Shown here piece by piece: positions 10,001 to 20,779 of a stretch of DNA of 64,000 nt (position 1 is its first letter; every line of letters begins with the position of its first letter). A program made the position numbers and the translations under genes. The notes under the pieces were generated by a model. The model did no database searches, was not told the DNA's origin, and worked only from the letters and a program-made list of their open reading frames with translations. The DNA comes from a virus, in IMG/VR virus record IMGVR_UViG_3300035698_016988, positions 1 through 64,000 of that record; one strand, written 5' to 3'.

Positions 10001-13000
10001 AACTTGGTTGGTGTGCTCAAAGGTAATAGGATATCCTTCGATTGTCATGGAAGTTGAAGGACCTGCCGAGCGTAAATTCGGATTTGTTGTCAACCCAGTT
10101 ACGATGTTTCCGATGAAAGTAACTGAGTCTCCGTCAACTGTTAGGTCGAGTCCACCAAGATTAAGATTCTCGGGACTTGTTGTCGTGCTAAATTCGTTTA
10201 GATCAGTCGTAGTGAACAAAATGTTGGTTGCATCAATAATCAAGCTGTATCCGTAACTTGTGACAGGTGACTGATCTGCTGCAACTGCTTCAGTAATCCA
10301 AGACATACCGTCAGTTGCCGGAGTATCAATTTGGAAATGATAAGCATCAATAACCGCAGACACCGTTTGTGTTCCGGTATAATCCGGAGCAGTCGATGTC
10401 GTTGTTGGGAAGATGACTTGATCACCTACGCTTAGGGTATGCGGTACAAAAGTTCTAACAGTAACTGGATCGGTTGTTTCAGTTCCAGCTTCAAACAAAT
10501 TAACTTTGCCTTTTCTGGAGAATCGTCTAATGTCCCAATCACCTTTATTGTCTTTAACAACCCAAACATCTTGTCCTTCAGTAATAGCGGAACTTTGATC
10601 TTCGTAAACTGTGGCGAATTCAGTCTCACCTGCAACAAGATAATCCAATTCACCAAGCTGTGCCCAACCACCTGTTGGTAAGTCTTTACCAATAATGTTT
10701 GTGAAGTTTCGCAAATAGAATTTGTTCGAGAAACTATTTGTAGCAGTTCTAATCCAACGCGAATCATTGATAGGAATAGTGATTACTTGATCTAGTCTTG
10801 AATCAACAACCGTTTGATCAGTTGTGAAGGTAACCGTCTGCGGATCAGCTTTGATGTCAGTTTGCAACAAGGCAAATTCTAGTGAAGTTCTAATATCTCT
10901 GGCACCATACTCACCAACCTTGAATGCCCACTCTTCGAAGACCTGGAAGTCTTCTTGTGAGTTACGAATAAACGTAGAACGAAGTAATCTATCAAACGAT
11001 ACTTTCGTTCCTTTCTCTTCTAGAAATCCACGGAAGAAGTTGAACTGTGATCTATCATCTAATAGCATTTGCTGCATGTGATCACGGCGCTGGTATCCTA
11101 CCAAATGCCTTGCATGATTAAATGCTGCAGAAGATGCGCCAATAGAATAAGGATCATAAAACTTTCTGATATTGTCTGCACGAGTATCATAGTTCGGGAT
11201 AACAGTCGTTTCTTGAATAAGATATCCAGGGGCATCAAAGCGACCGTTCCAAAACTTAACTCGGTTTCCAATAGTTCTAAATCTTCTTTGGCGAAGGTTA
11301 ATTGCTGGATCGTAAATTAGATCTCCGAACTTAGTTGAGTTATCAAAAATGAAACCGTGATCATATTCAATAACAGTCAATCTTAAGAACGCCAGCGGTT
11401 CTGTATTGTCATGTCTAATATTCACTTGATTGTCTAGTCTAGAAACATTAAATGATTCTGTTCTCATAGGAATCGCTTCGTAGTCAAGCGCAGTCCAGGA
11501 TCCGTTCGTGTATTGTGTGATTCTATCAACCAAACCAAATTCAGATTGGAAAGCCGCTTCAGATGAATACGGAGACAAGAACAATACGTCGTCTTCTTCC
11601 AATCCACCGTCAGCCCATTTGACAAATTCTTTTGCCATACGGCGCCAGTCGTTAATCTCGTTGGTATCTGATAGGTGCTCGTCGAAAATCCAACCCTCGC
11701 TTTCTAACCACGCACCGTAACCCATAACAATGTTAGTCACGTCTTGAATAGTAGAAATAAGATCATCGTATTCGTAAGTCTTTTCGACTGCATTAAACTT
11801 CGAATACAAGGTAGAAGTCAATTTACCGAAAGTAAAGTTTGATTTGGTTCCGGATTGGTTAGGAGTGAAATAACCCAGGGTAGGATACAATGGATCATAT
11901 CCCCGGATTCGATAATTTGTTCCGTCCCAACGAACAATCAAACCAGAGTAAACCGGTTCTCTTCTTGATGCAGACTTTACCAAAACAGTTTTCACATTTT
12001 CGCTTGGCAACAATCCAAAATTATCAGAGGTAATTCTAAATCCGTCGATGTTTACAAATGATCCGGCACGGTGACCAAGCTGAACAGTCAAGTCATTAAT
12101 CTTGTCACCCAAATCAGTTGTCCTGTTCAACCCTTTGTAAAGCCAGAAATCAGCAACCCATTGCTGTGATCCAATTTCTCTGTTGGTATCAGTATGAATT
12201 GTGTCTTCTGCAGAACTTTTTCGACTTCTTGTATCGTCATAAACAAACTGCGTTTGAACTTGGTTACGGAAATATCTTGAAGTCCCAGCAGTATCCCATG
12301 TTTTTTCTAACCACTCACCAGGTCGGGCAAGGTACGCAGTTGCTGCCTGTGCAAACGGAAATACGTTCGAAATTCGCCAAATCCATTCTACCGGACTAAC
12401 ATCACCGAATTTGAAATTTTCCTCGGCGAATGCAACTGAAGGTGCTTGCGGAATAATTCCCGCAGCGACTGGATCAAGTATTTCACCAGCTGCATCAACC
12501 GGAATAACACTTGAAAGACCGGGACGAGCAAAACGAATATCAATACCCGCACGAGTACCTTGTGCGATTCTTCCAGCTTCTAGGTCTCGCCACATCGTTG
12601 TATTTTCACGAGTATAAGGCGCAGCGCCGTATTCACTTACCCACCATGACGGTTTCTCACCTAAGCCAAGCATTTCCCAAGGATGAGTATGCGGTCTGTC
12701 GGTGTCGAAATAATAACGATAAATTCCTCTCCAATGACCTGGCATTGTTTCACCAAATCTGTCAGGAGTTCTGCTGTAATTATAAGTGAATAGGTCTGAC
12801 TGAACATAGAAAGTATTCGGTTTGTGGTCGACGCCCGTCTGGAAAGCCCAGTTCTCAAACATCGGACGCATAATTTTATTCCACTCTATTCTTGAATAAG
12901 CTGATTCTCTGTACTTTCCTGGAGCAACCTCGAAGTGACTAAATTCAGGGTGGACATTCTTAAAATCAGGTTGGATAGAATCATAAATTCTCTGTTCGAG

Positions 13001-15436
13001 CTGCAACATCACGTCATCAAGATCGCCGCCAATAATCTGTGTCAAAGAACCGTCATGACCTCTTCTCCAACGAACTGATCTGTTGGTAATGGTATCATCA
13101 ACAAACGTCCCGGGAGCATAAACCTGTGCAAATCCTAGGTAAGAAGGAGTAGGTGGAATGTAAAGATCATCGCCGATCATGCCTGAATTCTTGAAAGGGA
13201 AAGTCTCATCTTTACCTGCGTTGATTTGACTGATGATTGCATCAATAAACAAATCATTAGAAGCATAATCCTCAAACAAACCTTGCTGAATCCATTGCTT
13301 GGCGATCGACTCTACTTTAGAATACCAACGATCATATTCTAGTTCAGTGTACCTAATAGCATTCCGAACATTATACTCTTTGTCTTGGTTCAAGAACATA
13401 AGCTTCAACAACGCACCGGAATGTTGAATAATCTCCGTGCCTGCAGAGAGGTTTCTTGCGGTAGAGTTGAAATTATTAATTCCGTAAAGTCGACCATCGA
13501 TTCCTTGCTGGTTCTCGATGATACTGATAAAGTGTTCGAACAATTCGTTATAAGAAATGATCGTAACTTTTTCGTTGTTCGGGTTGGCTTGTAAGTTTGT
13601 TGGAATACGATAGTATCCGTTTCCGTTTAACGGAATTTCTCGGTCTCGGTCAAAAGATCTTGCATCTAAGAAATCGTTGTCTTCTAACGATAAAGTAAGA
13701 CTAAGTTCGATTTCGTCCCCCGAAACCAAATAATCAGTACCTTCGTCAAGTAATCGGCCGTTTAAGAAAACACGAAGAGTTTCGTATTGTCCGAATACTT
13801 CTGGCTCAGGTGTTTGTGAAAGTTGATAAGTTCTAGGAAATTCTACAGTTCCGGTTGAAGTTTCCCGCTGCTTAATGGAGAATGTGTCAGAAACACTTTG
13901 ACGACTAAGCCATCCCGGATTTCTCCAATCTGTTTCGTAGGTGTCAAACGCCGCAGTAGTTGCGTTAACTCGAAAGAATTTCAAACCTTCAATAGCTGAA
14001 CGAGTAACTGAGTCTTCGTCATAAAAGAAGTCTTCGGTCTGAAGGTTTGCTTCATAAATGATTTCACCAAAAGTATTGAAAGCAAGTCGAAGGCCTAATA
14101 CATCGTCTACCGGATTTTCATCTTCCTGTCTGAAACCAAACAAAAAGCTTCCGTCGAAATCTGAACCAGGATAGATACCTTCGTCGTCCAAAGGAATACC
14201 GTCAATATCATAAAGCTCAAACAACGGATACTGGTTAATTGAGTCTTTTGATTGCCCAGTAATCCACGCAGTCCCGTCCCAATATAGTCTTTTTCTTGCG
14301 TTAGAAACGCCTTGGGTAATTCGAAGGACTTCGTCCTCTGATGGGGTTCCGTCGACATTTAATCCGTCAACTTCTTTCACTAGAACATAAACACCAATTT
14401 CGGCTTGCCCGGTAACTCTATAAACGATATTATTTTGTCCTGCTGTTGGTTCTCCAGTAACAAGAATTCTCATTCCGTCGGTTACTAGAACACCATCAAC
14501 TGATACGGTTGTTTCGCCTTGAATAGAAGACAACGGACCGTTGTGGATCAAATTTACTGGGTCTCTTGCTAAACGTCCCATGTCTCTGAGTTGAAGATCT
14601 GCTTCGAACTGAATGATTGGACGGCGAGCCTGAACAGCAATGATGTTAGTCAAGTCGACGTTAGAAATTTGATTTCTATGGAACCAACGGTTACGAACAG
14701 ACCAAGCGTTGTGGTCATTTGCTCCTCTTTCCATAACGATATAATCTTGGTCAGTGCTTCCTGAAACTACACCATCAAACTCTGAGTCGTCAAGTAAACG
14801 GATAGATCTACCAACGTTCACTACCAAGAAATTGACGTTGTTGAATTCTGTGTTATCGTCGTCAAGGAAAAGGACTCGCTGGCCTGACTGTGCCTCTGTG
14901 CCGTCAGGGAAAGTATAATTCACTTGTCCGATCATGTCAAGCACAACGTTCGTATTCTCGGTAACTTCAATAACCGGAGGGCCTTCTTCTAACCAATAAT
15001 AGTTTGAGAAGTTGATGAGCATGTCTGGGTTGATAGGCGGACACCATGACCAGAATTCTGACTCAAATAATCTAGCGTGGTTCTCGGTAAGTGATCCCTG
15101 AACACGCAAGTTATCAACCAAATCTTCGTAGAAACGGAAATAATTGATATTCTCTTCTGCGTCTCTAGAAACAGCGATAGGTTCTAACTGATAGTTCTGT
15201 CGGGAAGGGGTTGCTTCCGGAATATAAAAGTCGTTGGGATTAAATACCGTCGAGCGTCTACCGACGAAACCGCTGATCTCTTCAAGTTCAGATGGTTCAA
15301 AGAAATGGTTAGCAACGCCCTTAAAGAATCTCTTAACATCTTCGTGTCCTTGCAAAAATCCAGGTAATCTTGTTAAGATATCTCTAGCTTCTGGTTTGGT
15401 CTCTTCTCTTTTGATCTTAGGTGAAAAATCTGCCAT
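7094..15436 (-). CDS. giant baseplate/virion structural protein (2780 aa)
   Basis: Uninterrupted ORF downstream of the gp6-like wedge gene; NYQLEP, INFSNYYW and DRPHTHPWEMLG motifs of jumbo myophage structural proteins. Confidence 0.8.
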   Translation of the reverse strand: MADFSPKIKREETKPEARDILTRLPGFLQGHEDVKRFFKGVANHFFEPSELEEISGFVGRRSTVFNPNDFYIPEATPSRQNYQLEPIAVSRDAEENINYFRFYEDLVDNLRVQGSLTENHARLFESEFWSWCPPINPDMLINFSNYYWLEEGPPVIEVTENTNVVLDMIGQVNYTFPDGTEAQSGQRVLFLDDDNTEFNNVNFLVVNVGRSIRLLDDSEFDGVVSGSTDQDYIVMERGANDHNAWSVRNRWFHRNQISNVDLTNIIAVQARRPIIQFEADLQLRDMGRLARDPVNLIHNGPLSSIQGETTVSVDGVLVTDGMRILVTGEPTAGQNNIVYRVTGQAEIGVYVLVKEVDGLNVDGTPSEDEVLRITQGVSNARKRLYWDGTAWITGQSKDSINQYPLFELYDIDGIPLDDEGIYPGSDFDGSFLFGFRQEDENPVDDVLGLRLAFNTFGEIIYEANLQTEDFFYDEDSVTRSAIEGLKFFRVNATTAAFDTYETDWRNPGWLSRQSVSDTFSIKQRETSTGTVEFPRTYQLSQTPEPEVFGQYETLRVFLNGRLLDEGTDYLVSGDEIELSLTLSLEDNDFLDARSFDRDREIPLNGNGYYRIPTNLQANPNNEKVTIISYNELFEHFISIIENQQGIDGRLYGINNFNSTARNLSAGTEIIQHSGALLKLMFLNQDKEYNVRNAIRYTELEYDRWYSKVESIAKQWIQQGLFEDYASNDLFIDAIISQINAGKDETFPFKNSGMIGDDLYIPPTPSYLGFAQVYAPGTFVDDTITNRSVRWRRGHDGSLTQIIGGDLDDVMLQLEQRIYDSIQPDFKNVHPEFSHFEVAPGKYRESAYSRIEWNKIMRPMFENWAFQTGVDHKPNTFYVQSDLFTYNYSRTPDRFGETMPGHWRGIYRYYFDTDRPHTHPWEMLGLGEKPSWWVSEYGAAPYTRENTTMWRDLEAGRIAQGTRAGIDIRFARPGLSSVIPVDAAGEILDPVAAGIIPQAPSVAFAEENFKFGDVSPVEWIWRISNVFPFAQAATAYLARPGEWLEKTWDTAGTSRYFRNQVQTQFVYDDTRSRKSSAEDTIHTDTNREIGSQQWVADFWLYKGLNRTTDLGDKINDLTVQLGHRAGSFVNIDGFRITSDNFGLLPSENVKTVLVKSASRREPVYSGLIVRWDGTNYRIRGYDPLYPTLGYFTPNQSGTKSNFTFGKLTSTLYSKFNAVEKTYEYDDLISTIQDVTNIVMGYGAWLESEGWIFDEHLSDTNEINDWRRMAKEFVKWADGGLEEDDVLFLSPYSSEAAFQSEFGLVDRITQYTNGSWTALDYEAIPMRTESFNVSRLDNQVNIRHDNTEPLAFLRLTVIEYDHGFIFDNSTKFGDLIYDPAINLRQRRFRTIGNRVKFWNGRFDAPGYLIQETTVIPNYDTRADNIRKFYDPYSIGASSAAFNHARHLVGYQRRDHMQQMLLDDRSQFNFFRGFLEEKGTKVSFDRLLRSTFIRNSQEDFQVFEEWAFKVGEYGARDIRTSLEFALLQTDIKADPQTVTFTTDQTVVDSRLDQVITIPINDSRWIRTATNSFSNKFYLRNFTNIIGKDLPTGGWAQLGELDYLVAGETEFATVYEDQSSAITEGQDVWVVKDNKGDWDIRRFSRKGKVNLFEAGTETTDPVTVRTFVPHTLSVGDQVIFPTTTSTAPDYTGTQTVSAVIDAYHFQIDTPATDGMSWITEAVAADQSPVTSYGYSLIIDATNILFTTTDLNEFSTTTSPENLNLGGLDLTVDGDSVTFIGNIVTGLTTNPNLRSAGPSTSMTIEGYPITFEHTNQVGDTINPTVVVDGTNGININGTDVVWTGTGDLDAIINDINTAAINRIFADKGGSSSNRLRIWNYADNPITLRSIGTTEDALEELGFAFNTNVTGTNTTPVVTVDASNGLNINGSVVVFTGAGDTTAIVNDINTAAIPDLTALDVGGAVDITHGTGGDIYIYNVDAAEDAVEIIGFDQVYAGKTTADYVGVMNTAFDITDIEATDVAGQIQLEKKNGGSITIADGTGTPSVDFGLRTFYASRTLTQIVAEMVAAGMPATEESDTSVSFSFGNSTIIAITGTAATQLGLESEYRATVSYADVVSQINAASIPNVEFENANGFLTFRKLDGTALSFSGNAASDFGFDATYTAVGTGPDFYIWKTMRRDSVANLGTSAPTDGWLAGERQFVNPDSEVNLGLTDSGNPRWSVYEYNGATWDQVRYQKDRIDTAIIESVFLFDKISNQTISQLSVWDPIKRAIPGKATSEVYYMLEIDPAVYNTGDDTSVIQNTESAWGIEQVGRVWWDINAVRYLDYEQSNLAYRRKYWGRKLPGSSIDLYEWTRSPVPPSGWDTYVSDQSANASSDYLPSGTVKNSDNPAWVERVEFDKSTQHNRTFYYFWVLNPRYRPNKPFRKISAFDAKNIIDSPKTSGVLYFSPVETQAVEGVYTSSFIVGNTTNIVINDDVIVQVNFRKDPSDDQNVHKEWKLLRETSDDLVPTSIWTKLKYSLVGEDATGLSLPDLNLNESRRYGVNIRPRQSMFVDRENARRTFVNASNRLLIEENVVDNDASWSAIFLDKDPEPTDYDFIVNTRIDRDALTTNPLFESGMTVLVQEDEQDKNKWTHWSYDGSAFTLLDKEDFDMQNYWSYVDWYTPDLETLGGADSGDGVSQDTPPTTIFATIAERDASHPDSIIEAHAAAHPNGHIVQVLDNGEGRWIWSQYQAAGGRVFWHTIAIEDGTVQLNDLLYSFDLSDVDLESEGKIAVGKFVDYFDD

Positions 15437-15504
15437 TAGTTACCTTCTATTGAATTCTGTAACTATTTACCGTTTTAGAATTATGATTTTCTAGAGTCTT
15501 TACT

Positions 15505-18500
15505 TTACGATCCGATCTTAGAGTTAGTTGCTGTCAAGTTATTCACGATATTGACATCAGTTACCTGCGCAGTTGATAAGAACAATTCATTGTGGTCTGC
15601 TCTAATTTGGAAAAGGTTACCAAACTTTGAACTGTCCTGTACCGGAACAATAACCACCTGCGCAACAACCGTTGGATTCTGTTGGTGAATATAAGCAGCA
15701 AGCTCTGTGAAGTAGAAACTTTCACCAAAGTCCCAGTTATCAACATTAAAGAATTCGTTAATCGCGTCAATTACTGACTGCTTAATTTCGTTGTCAGACA
15801 ATAATGTTCCCGGAACCTTTGTTACGTTGAATGTCGAACGAACACTATCAGTCGAGCCACTACCAAACAAAATTTTGAATTTTGCCGAATGCCAAATAAT
15901 GGTATCCGAAGCTGATTTAAATTGTTCGAGATCACCGAAAGTAATCGAGAGATCGTTGGTTGTAGGTGGCTCAGGGAACGTAGCAATAGTTGATCCGGTT
16001 GTATTTTGCCAAGTAGTAACGTCTTTATAATACTCTTCAGTCAAAACGTAGATGTCCATGATGTTTGACGGAGAAGGATCGATACGTGTTCTTTGATCTG
16101 CGAAATGCTTCCACTGGAAAATCAAACTGTCTCGTCCTTCTCTCCAGTAGTAATCATCAGCTTCTGGATCAATCAAACTTGATCCGGCCCATTCTTTAAA
16201 CGAGTCTTCGTCGATTGAATAGAACACGTCTCCGGTAACTGAATCAGTTGTTACGATGTCAGCTTCTTCTTGAACAATAGTGAAAGTAAAGTCATCCTCA
16301 TCAATCATTGGACGATAATATTCATACCCTTCTGTGCTGATATCTTTTCTCCAAAATACATAGCGGTTATCTGCAACAGTCGGACTCACAACAGGATCAA
16401 CAATTTCTTCATACTGCTTCGGATTATCCGGAACACCATCAGCATCTGTATCTACCAATGCTAACCTTACTCTTCTTGGTTCGACATATCCGTCGGCATA
16501 AGTGATAGGCTCGGATAGGAACCATTTATATTCTTGTCCTAGGATAGCAGTTCCGTCTGCGGTCTCGTTAATTCGAAGTAACTTAATAAAGTCTCGAATA
16601 GCAATACCGGTTTCTAAATCATTTACTCTTCGGTTATTTGTAAAGTAGAATCTAATGTCTTCAAGTGATTCCCAAACGTATTCCAAATATCTAACAGTGA
16701 ATGTCCATTTGTCAGACGAATACTCTGCCAAGATTAACCAAGAAGCATCTGCGTTTGTTTCACCAGTATCACCAGCGGCTGCTTCACTCCAAGGATCATC
16801 AAGGTTGATATTGTTCTCTAGAATTAAGAACCAAGAATCCAATGACTGATTATAACGAAGAGCAAAGGTATTTAGATTATCCATCTCTTCAGTAATTGTT
16901 TCGAGTTCACTGGTTGAGAAAGTTCTTCTAAAACTGGTGTAGAAAATATCAACGTACCAACCATCAGTGACCGATTCGTTCAAAATAACCGGGCCAGAAC
17001 CTGATGCAAGATCAGTAATTCCAGTTCCAGAAACAGATTCAATCTTTGCCCACTTTTCTTCGTATCCAGGATCACCCGGTAAGCCGCTTGCAGTGTTAAC
17101 AAACCTTAGCAACGCTCCTTCTCGGACATAAACCGCATTACCGGTTCCGGTATCTCCAATAATCACAGGAGAATCCGCAGATTCTGAATCAACAAATTTA
17201 CCAGTCGATGAGAACGTCGCACTTGTTGCTTGTTCCCACTTAACTCTAGTCGCCCCAATTACCCAAGAATAAGAATCAAAGTTCTTATAGAAAAAGTTAG
17301 CAAAGTCTGTATCATCAAGTAACGGAACAACCTTTGAGCTTACAATTTCTTCATAAGATTTTGTGGTCGGGAGCAGTTCTTCATCGTTTACCGTGTAGGT
17401 GTTACGATACAAAATTCCATCTTCACTGAATACGTTCGTGTTCTGCGTTGAACCGGTCGGATCATTCAAATCGATATAGCGAGAATGACCTGCGAATGTT
17501 CTGTTAATTGCTTTGGTTTTACGCAACAAGTTTCCAGAAAGCAATGGGAAAATTTGATAATCTTCACCGTTAACCATTCTGTTCTGAGTGTAATACTGCT
17601 GCGGCGCTCTTCTTCTAATCTGTTCAGTAGTTTCTCTTGGTGTGCTGTTGGTTACAGGATACTGCAAAGAGAAACGCACAGTCAAGTTGAATTGTTCGTC
17701 GGTTGTTCCAGTGTTTCGGTTATAAGGAATTGAAATTTGGATATCACGAATGTCTTTAGAATTGATTTGATAAGTCAAACCATTCGAGGTTCTGTGCCAA
17801 ACTCTGAACACACCGAAAGGAACGTCACCGAATCTACCATCTGGCCAGCGGATAGAAACTTGATCTTCGTCTCTGGTCTGTACCTGGAAAATATTTCTTA
17901 CGTTCTTACCTAACGAATTATAATAGATATTTTCAGTGTTGTCAACTTTTGTCCACTTCTGACGAATAGACCCGGTTGTTTCATTAATTTCTTGTGCCCA
18001 AATATCATTTTCGTTGATATTATCAATATTGATTCGAGTTACTCTGTTCTCAATTGGTTGGTCATAATTGTAATCAGAGGTGCTTAATGACCCCTGCTTG
18101 AAATAAACAAAATAACCGGTGTCAGTTGATCCGTTACCGGTACCGTCATTTCGATATAAAAAGTAGAATGGGTTTTCTGGATTAGGTTCTCTTTCAGAAA
18201 ATGTTCCTTCATCAACAAAGTCAGGGTTGACTACTTCAAAGTCTACTCTTGATCCATTCACGTTTGATGTGAACGGATAAACCACGTTTCTAAAATTGAC
18301 CGAGTTAGATTGATAAAGATAAGTAAGAATTGAATTGACTGTTCCTACCTTAACCGGGGTACCGACTGGGTTAGATGTGGACAACGAAGAATTCAGTACT
18401 GCATTCCACTGTTCTAACCAATCCTCATTTGTTTCGTCGTTCCAACGAATTGCAACACCTTGAAGACTGTTTCCGTTTGAATCTCGTACATCTTGGTTGG

Positions 18501-18876
18501 TTTGAATCTCTGTAATTTTTGCTAATCCATTAGCAGGTAAGTTTCTGCTAGGATTATATGCAACCATTTCCGCAAGGCGAAGAATAGAATCACGACGCTC
18601 ACTTGTATCAATAAAGTTATCACGAGTATTCAAATCTGTTTTGTATGCCAGGTTCTGACCGAGGTAAGCGATCAAATCCATGATCATAACAAATTCAGAG
18701 TTTTCAATCCAGTCGTCGAAGTCTTCAGGGAAATTTATTCTTAGGTATTCGACCATCACCTCACGGTAAGTGTCAAAATCCGAAGCCTGGAAGTTAACCG
18801 TATTGAACGCTTCGTAAATCTTTTCCCAGTCACTACCTAAGAGTAGATTTGTCTGACGGATTGGTTGGTTACTCAT
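15505..18876 (-). CDS. baseplate wedge subunit, T4 gp6-like
   Basis: DFDT...YLR...PEDFDD, ERRDSILRLAEMVAYNP and QNRMVNGEDY motifs. Confidence 0.85.
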   Translation of the reverse strand: MSNQPIRQTNLLLGSDWEKIYEAFNTVNFQASDFDTYREVMVEYLRINFPEDFDDWIENSEFVMIMDLIAYLGQNLAYKTDLNTRDNFIDTSERRDSILRLAEMVAYNPSRNLPANGLAKITEIQTNQDVRDSNGNSLQGVAIRWNDETNEDWLEQWNAVLNSSLSTSNPVGTPVKVGTVNSILTYLYQSNSVNFRNVVYPFTSNVNGSRVDFEVVNPDFVDEGTFSEREPNPENPFYFLYRNDGTGNGSTDTGYFVYFKQGSLSTSDYNYDQPIENRVTRINIDNINENDIWAQEINETTGSIRQKWTKVDNTENIYYNSLGKNVRNIFQVQTRDEDQVSIRWPDGRFGDVPFGVFRVWHRTSNGLTYQINSKDIRDIQISIPYNRNTGTTDEQFNLTVRFSLQYPVTNSTPRETTEQIRRRAPQQYYTQNRMVNGEDYQIFPLLSGNLLRKTKAINRTFAGHSRYIDLNDPTGSTQNTNVFSEDGILYRNTYTVNDEELLPTTKSYEEIVSSKVVPLLDDTDFANFFYKNFDSYSWVIGATRVKWEQATSATFSSTGKFVDSESADSPVIIGDTGTGNAVYVREGALLRFVNTASGLPGDPGYEEKWAKIESVSGTGITDLASGSGPVILNESVTDGWYVDIFYTSFRRTFSTSELETITEEMDNLNTFALRYNQSLDSWFLILENNINLDDPWSEAAAGDTGETNADASWLILAEYSSDKWTFTVRYLEYVWESLEDIRFYFTNNRRVNDLETGIAIRDFIKLLRINETADGTAILGQEYKWFLSEPITYADGYVEPRRVRLALVDTDADGVPDNPKQYEEIVDPVVSPTVADNRYVFWRKDISTEGYEYYRPMIDEDDFTFTIVQEEADIVTTDSVTGDVFYSIDEDSFKEWAGSSLIDPEADDYYWREGRDSLIFQWKHFADQRTRIDPSPSNIMDIYVLTEEYYKDVTTWQNTTGSTIATFPEPPTTNDLSITFGDLEQFKSASDTIIWHSAKFKILFGSGSTDSVRSTFNVTKVPGTLLSDNEIKQSVIDAINEFFNVDNWDFGESFYFTELAAYIHQQNPTVVAQVVIVPVQDSSKFGNLFQIRADHNELFLSTAQVTDVNIVNNLTATNSKIGS

Positions 18877-18878
18877 CC

Positions 18879-19262
18879 TTAAACCTCATTAAAATTTCTT
18901 CTGTCGAATTCTATCTGCATAAGGATAGGAGGGTTTCGACCTAAATAATTGATTAGAACTTCCACATTATATCCGTGCTCTAAAACTTCTACGGTTATTT
19001 CTTGTAAAGACACGCGTTGATCTGAATTAATAATTCTACGAACATCATCTTCGATAATATTCTGAGATCTATCGTTTCTCGTTTCAAACAGCATGTCCGG
19101 AATGACTGAGCCATAATTAGGAGCCCAATCTAGTTCACCTTGTCTTGTATAGAAATGATTAAGCAAGTCTTGTTGAACCAATTCGATATCATACAAGCGT
19201 TCAGATTCTCCGTTACGAGTACTGCATCCTGCGAAGTCCCATGGCTGTTCAAGTTCTGGCAT
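18879..19262 (-). CDS. baseplate wedge / sheath initiator, T4 gp25-like
   Basis: DLLNHFYTRQGE...PNYGS...DQRV pattern of the GPW/gp25 family. Confidence 0.88.
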   Translation of the reverse strand: MPELEQPWDFAGCSTRNGESERLYDIELVQQDLLNHFYTRQGELDWAPNYGSVIPDMLFETRNDRSQNIIEDDVRRIINSDQRVSLQEITVEVLEHGYNVEVLINYLGRNPPILMQIEFDRRNFNEV

Positions 19263-19309
19263 AATCTTCTCCCATTTTTATTATTTATTCATAATCAAAC
19301 GAATATTTC

Positions 19310-20779
19310 TTAGCGTTCAATACGAGTGATAGGGAGCTGGGTAGGGAATTCGTATCCACGACCAACAAACGGTTCATGTGTTGGAACTCTTTGAGAAATT
19401 GTTTCGATCACATTATCTTCAACCACAGTATTTGCTTGTCCGAATATAGGAGTAGAGATTCTTCTCTTGATATTAACGCCCGAGTTAACTACCGGAGCAG
19501 TAGCTGAGTCTGCAGAGTTTGCTGGATCAGCAACAGGACCGTTAAAGAAAATATATCGTCCCGAAGCAACCATATCAGCACCAGATCGCAGGTTTAATCC
19601 ACTTGCTGAGGCTGCGTTCAATACTCCTCCGGAATTAAGATGCAAACCTCCGCCAGACTGTTGAACCATTTCGGCGTTTGTTGCTTGATGCAAGTTACCG
19701 GTAACGGTAACAGTCATAGCACCACCAACAACCAGATCGTAATCACCAGCTGATTCCGTTTTGATATTTCCAGCTGCGGCTTTTAGATTCACATTATTTC
19801 CAGCTTCTAGGTTAATGTCGTTGTCTGCTCTAAAGTTGATATCTTGTTCCGTATGCACGTTGAATGAACCGGTACCATAAAGGTCAATATTGCCGTCATT
19901 GTTTAGTTCAATCCACGATTCACCGTCTCGGGTAATCATGTAAATGTGCCCGTAGGTCTCCGATATCAATAACTGTGCACCGGAACGGGTACGGAATCTA
20001 ATCAATTCATCGTTACGTTCACCGGTTGTTGATGAGTTCCTGTTCGCAGGATTTAAAGCAGGAGCACGATGGTCTTTTCTATTAGCAACAGATTTTCTAT
20101 TTTCTTCAAGTAACCAAGATCTTAACGAATCAGGTAGTTCGTCAGTTTTCCAACCATCGTCAATTACGATTTGATGTCCTCTTGGTGTTAAAATTCCTTG
20201 AGATCTACTTGGCGCTTCTCTTCTGGCAGACGACGTAGTTTGTCCTCGAACATAATCAGCGGCGAGGCCTTGATTCAATAAACCGTTAACCATGGGATCA
20301 TGTGAAGGTCGCGTTCTATCCTCTGCAGTTAATACTCTGTTATATTCTGCTGCTGGTAATTTAGAATCAGAACCAAAAGTTGACTCGGAAGGGATGCCCG
20401 GAACCATATTGTTCATGAATGCTTCCGGAACTGAAGCAAACCAGAACGCATCGTGGTGACCGATAAAACAAATTAAAACTTCGTTGCCAAGGTCAGGTGG
20501 CACAAACCACATTCCGTACGATTTCTTGGTACTCTCGAATGATTTTTGGTCGCCCGGGTTATCCGGCGTGGTTCCCCAGAAAGGAGGGGCGTACCTAACA
20601 GTTACCCATTTTTCATAATCTTCTTCATCGAATTGTGATTGCTTAATCCAAACTCTTAGTCTTCCGTTTCTATCCGGATCTCGGTTGTCTTTAATCTTGG
20701 CAGTATAGATTCTACCAATGTCATAATGCATTTTTTCATCTTTGGCCCGATCACCAATTGATCCTCTTCCATATGACAT
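19310..20779 (-). CDS. central spike protein, T4 gp5/VgrG-like, with no lysozyme domain seen
   Basis: N-terminal OB motifs DPDRNGRLRV and PPDLGNEVL; C-terminal beta-helix repeats. Confidence 0.85.
   Translation of the reverse strand: MSYGRGSIGDRAKDEKMHYDIGRIYTAKIKDNRDPDRNGRLRVWIKQSQFDEEDYEKWVTVRYAPPFWGTTPDNPGDQKSFESTKKSYGMWFVPPDLGNEVLICFIGHHDAFWFASVPEAFMNNMVPGIPSESTFGSDSKLPAAEYNRVLTAEDRTRPSHDPMVNGLLNQGLAADYVRGQTTSSARREAPSRSQGILTPRGHQIVIDDGWKTDELPDSLRSWLLEENRKSVANRKDHRAPALNPANRNSSTTGERNDELIRFRTRSGAQLLISETYGHIYMITRDGESWIELNNDGNIDLYGTGSFNVHTEQDINFRADNDINLEAGNNVNLKAAAGNIKTESAGDYDLVVGGAMTVTVTGNLHQATNAEMVQQSGGGLHLNSGGVLNAASASGLNLRSGADMVASGRYIFFNGPVADPANSADSATAPVVNSGVNIKRRISTPIFGQANTVVEDNVIETISQRVPTHEPFVGRGYEFPTQLPITRIER

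Noticed and set aside
3510-17733. Many 60-125 aa plus-strand and alternate-frame ORFs inside the giant structural genes
   Set aside because: They are shadow ORFs produced by codon bias, with no SD or motifs.
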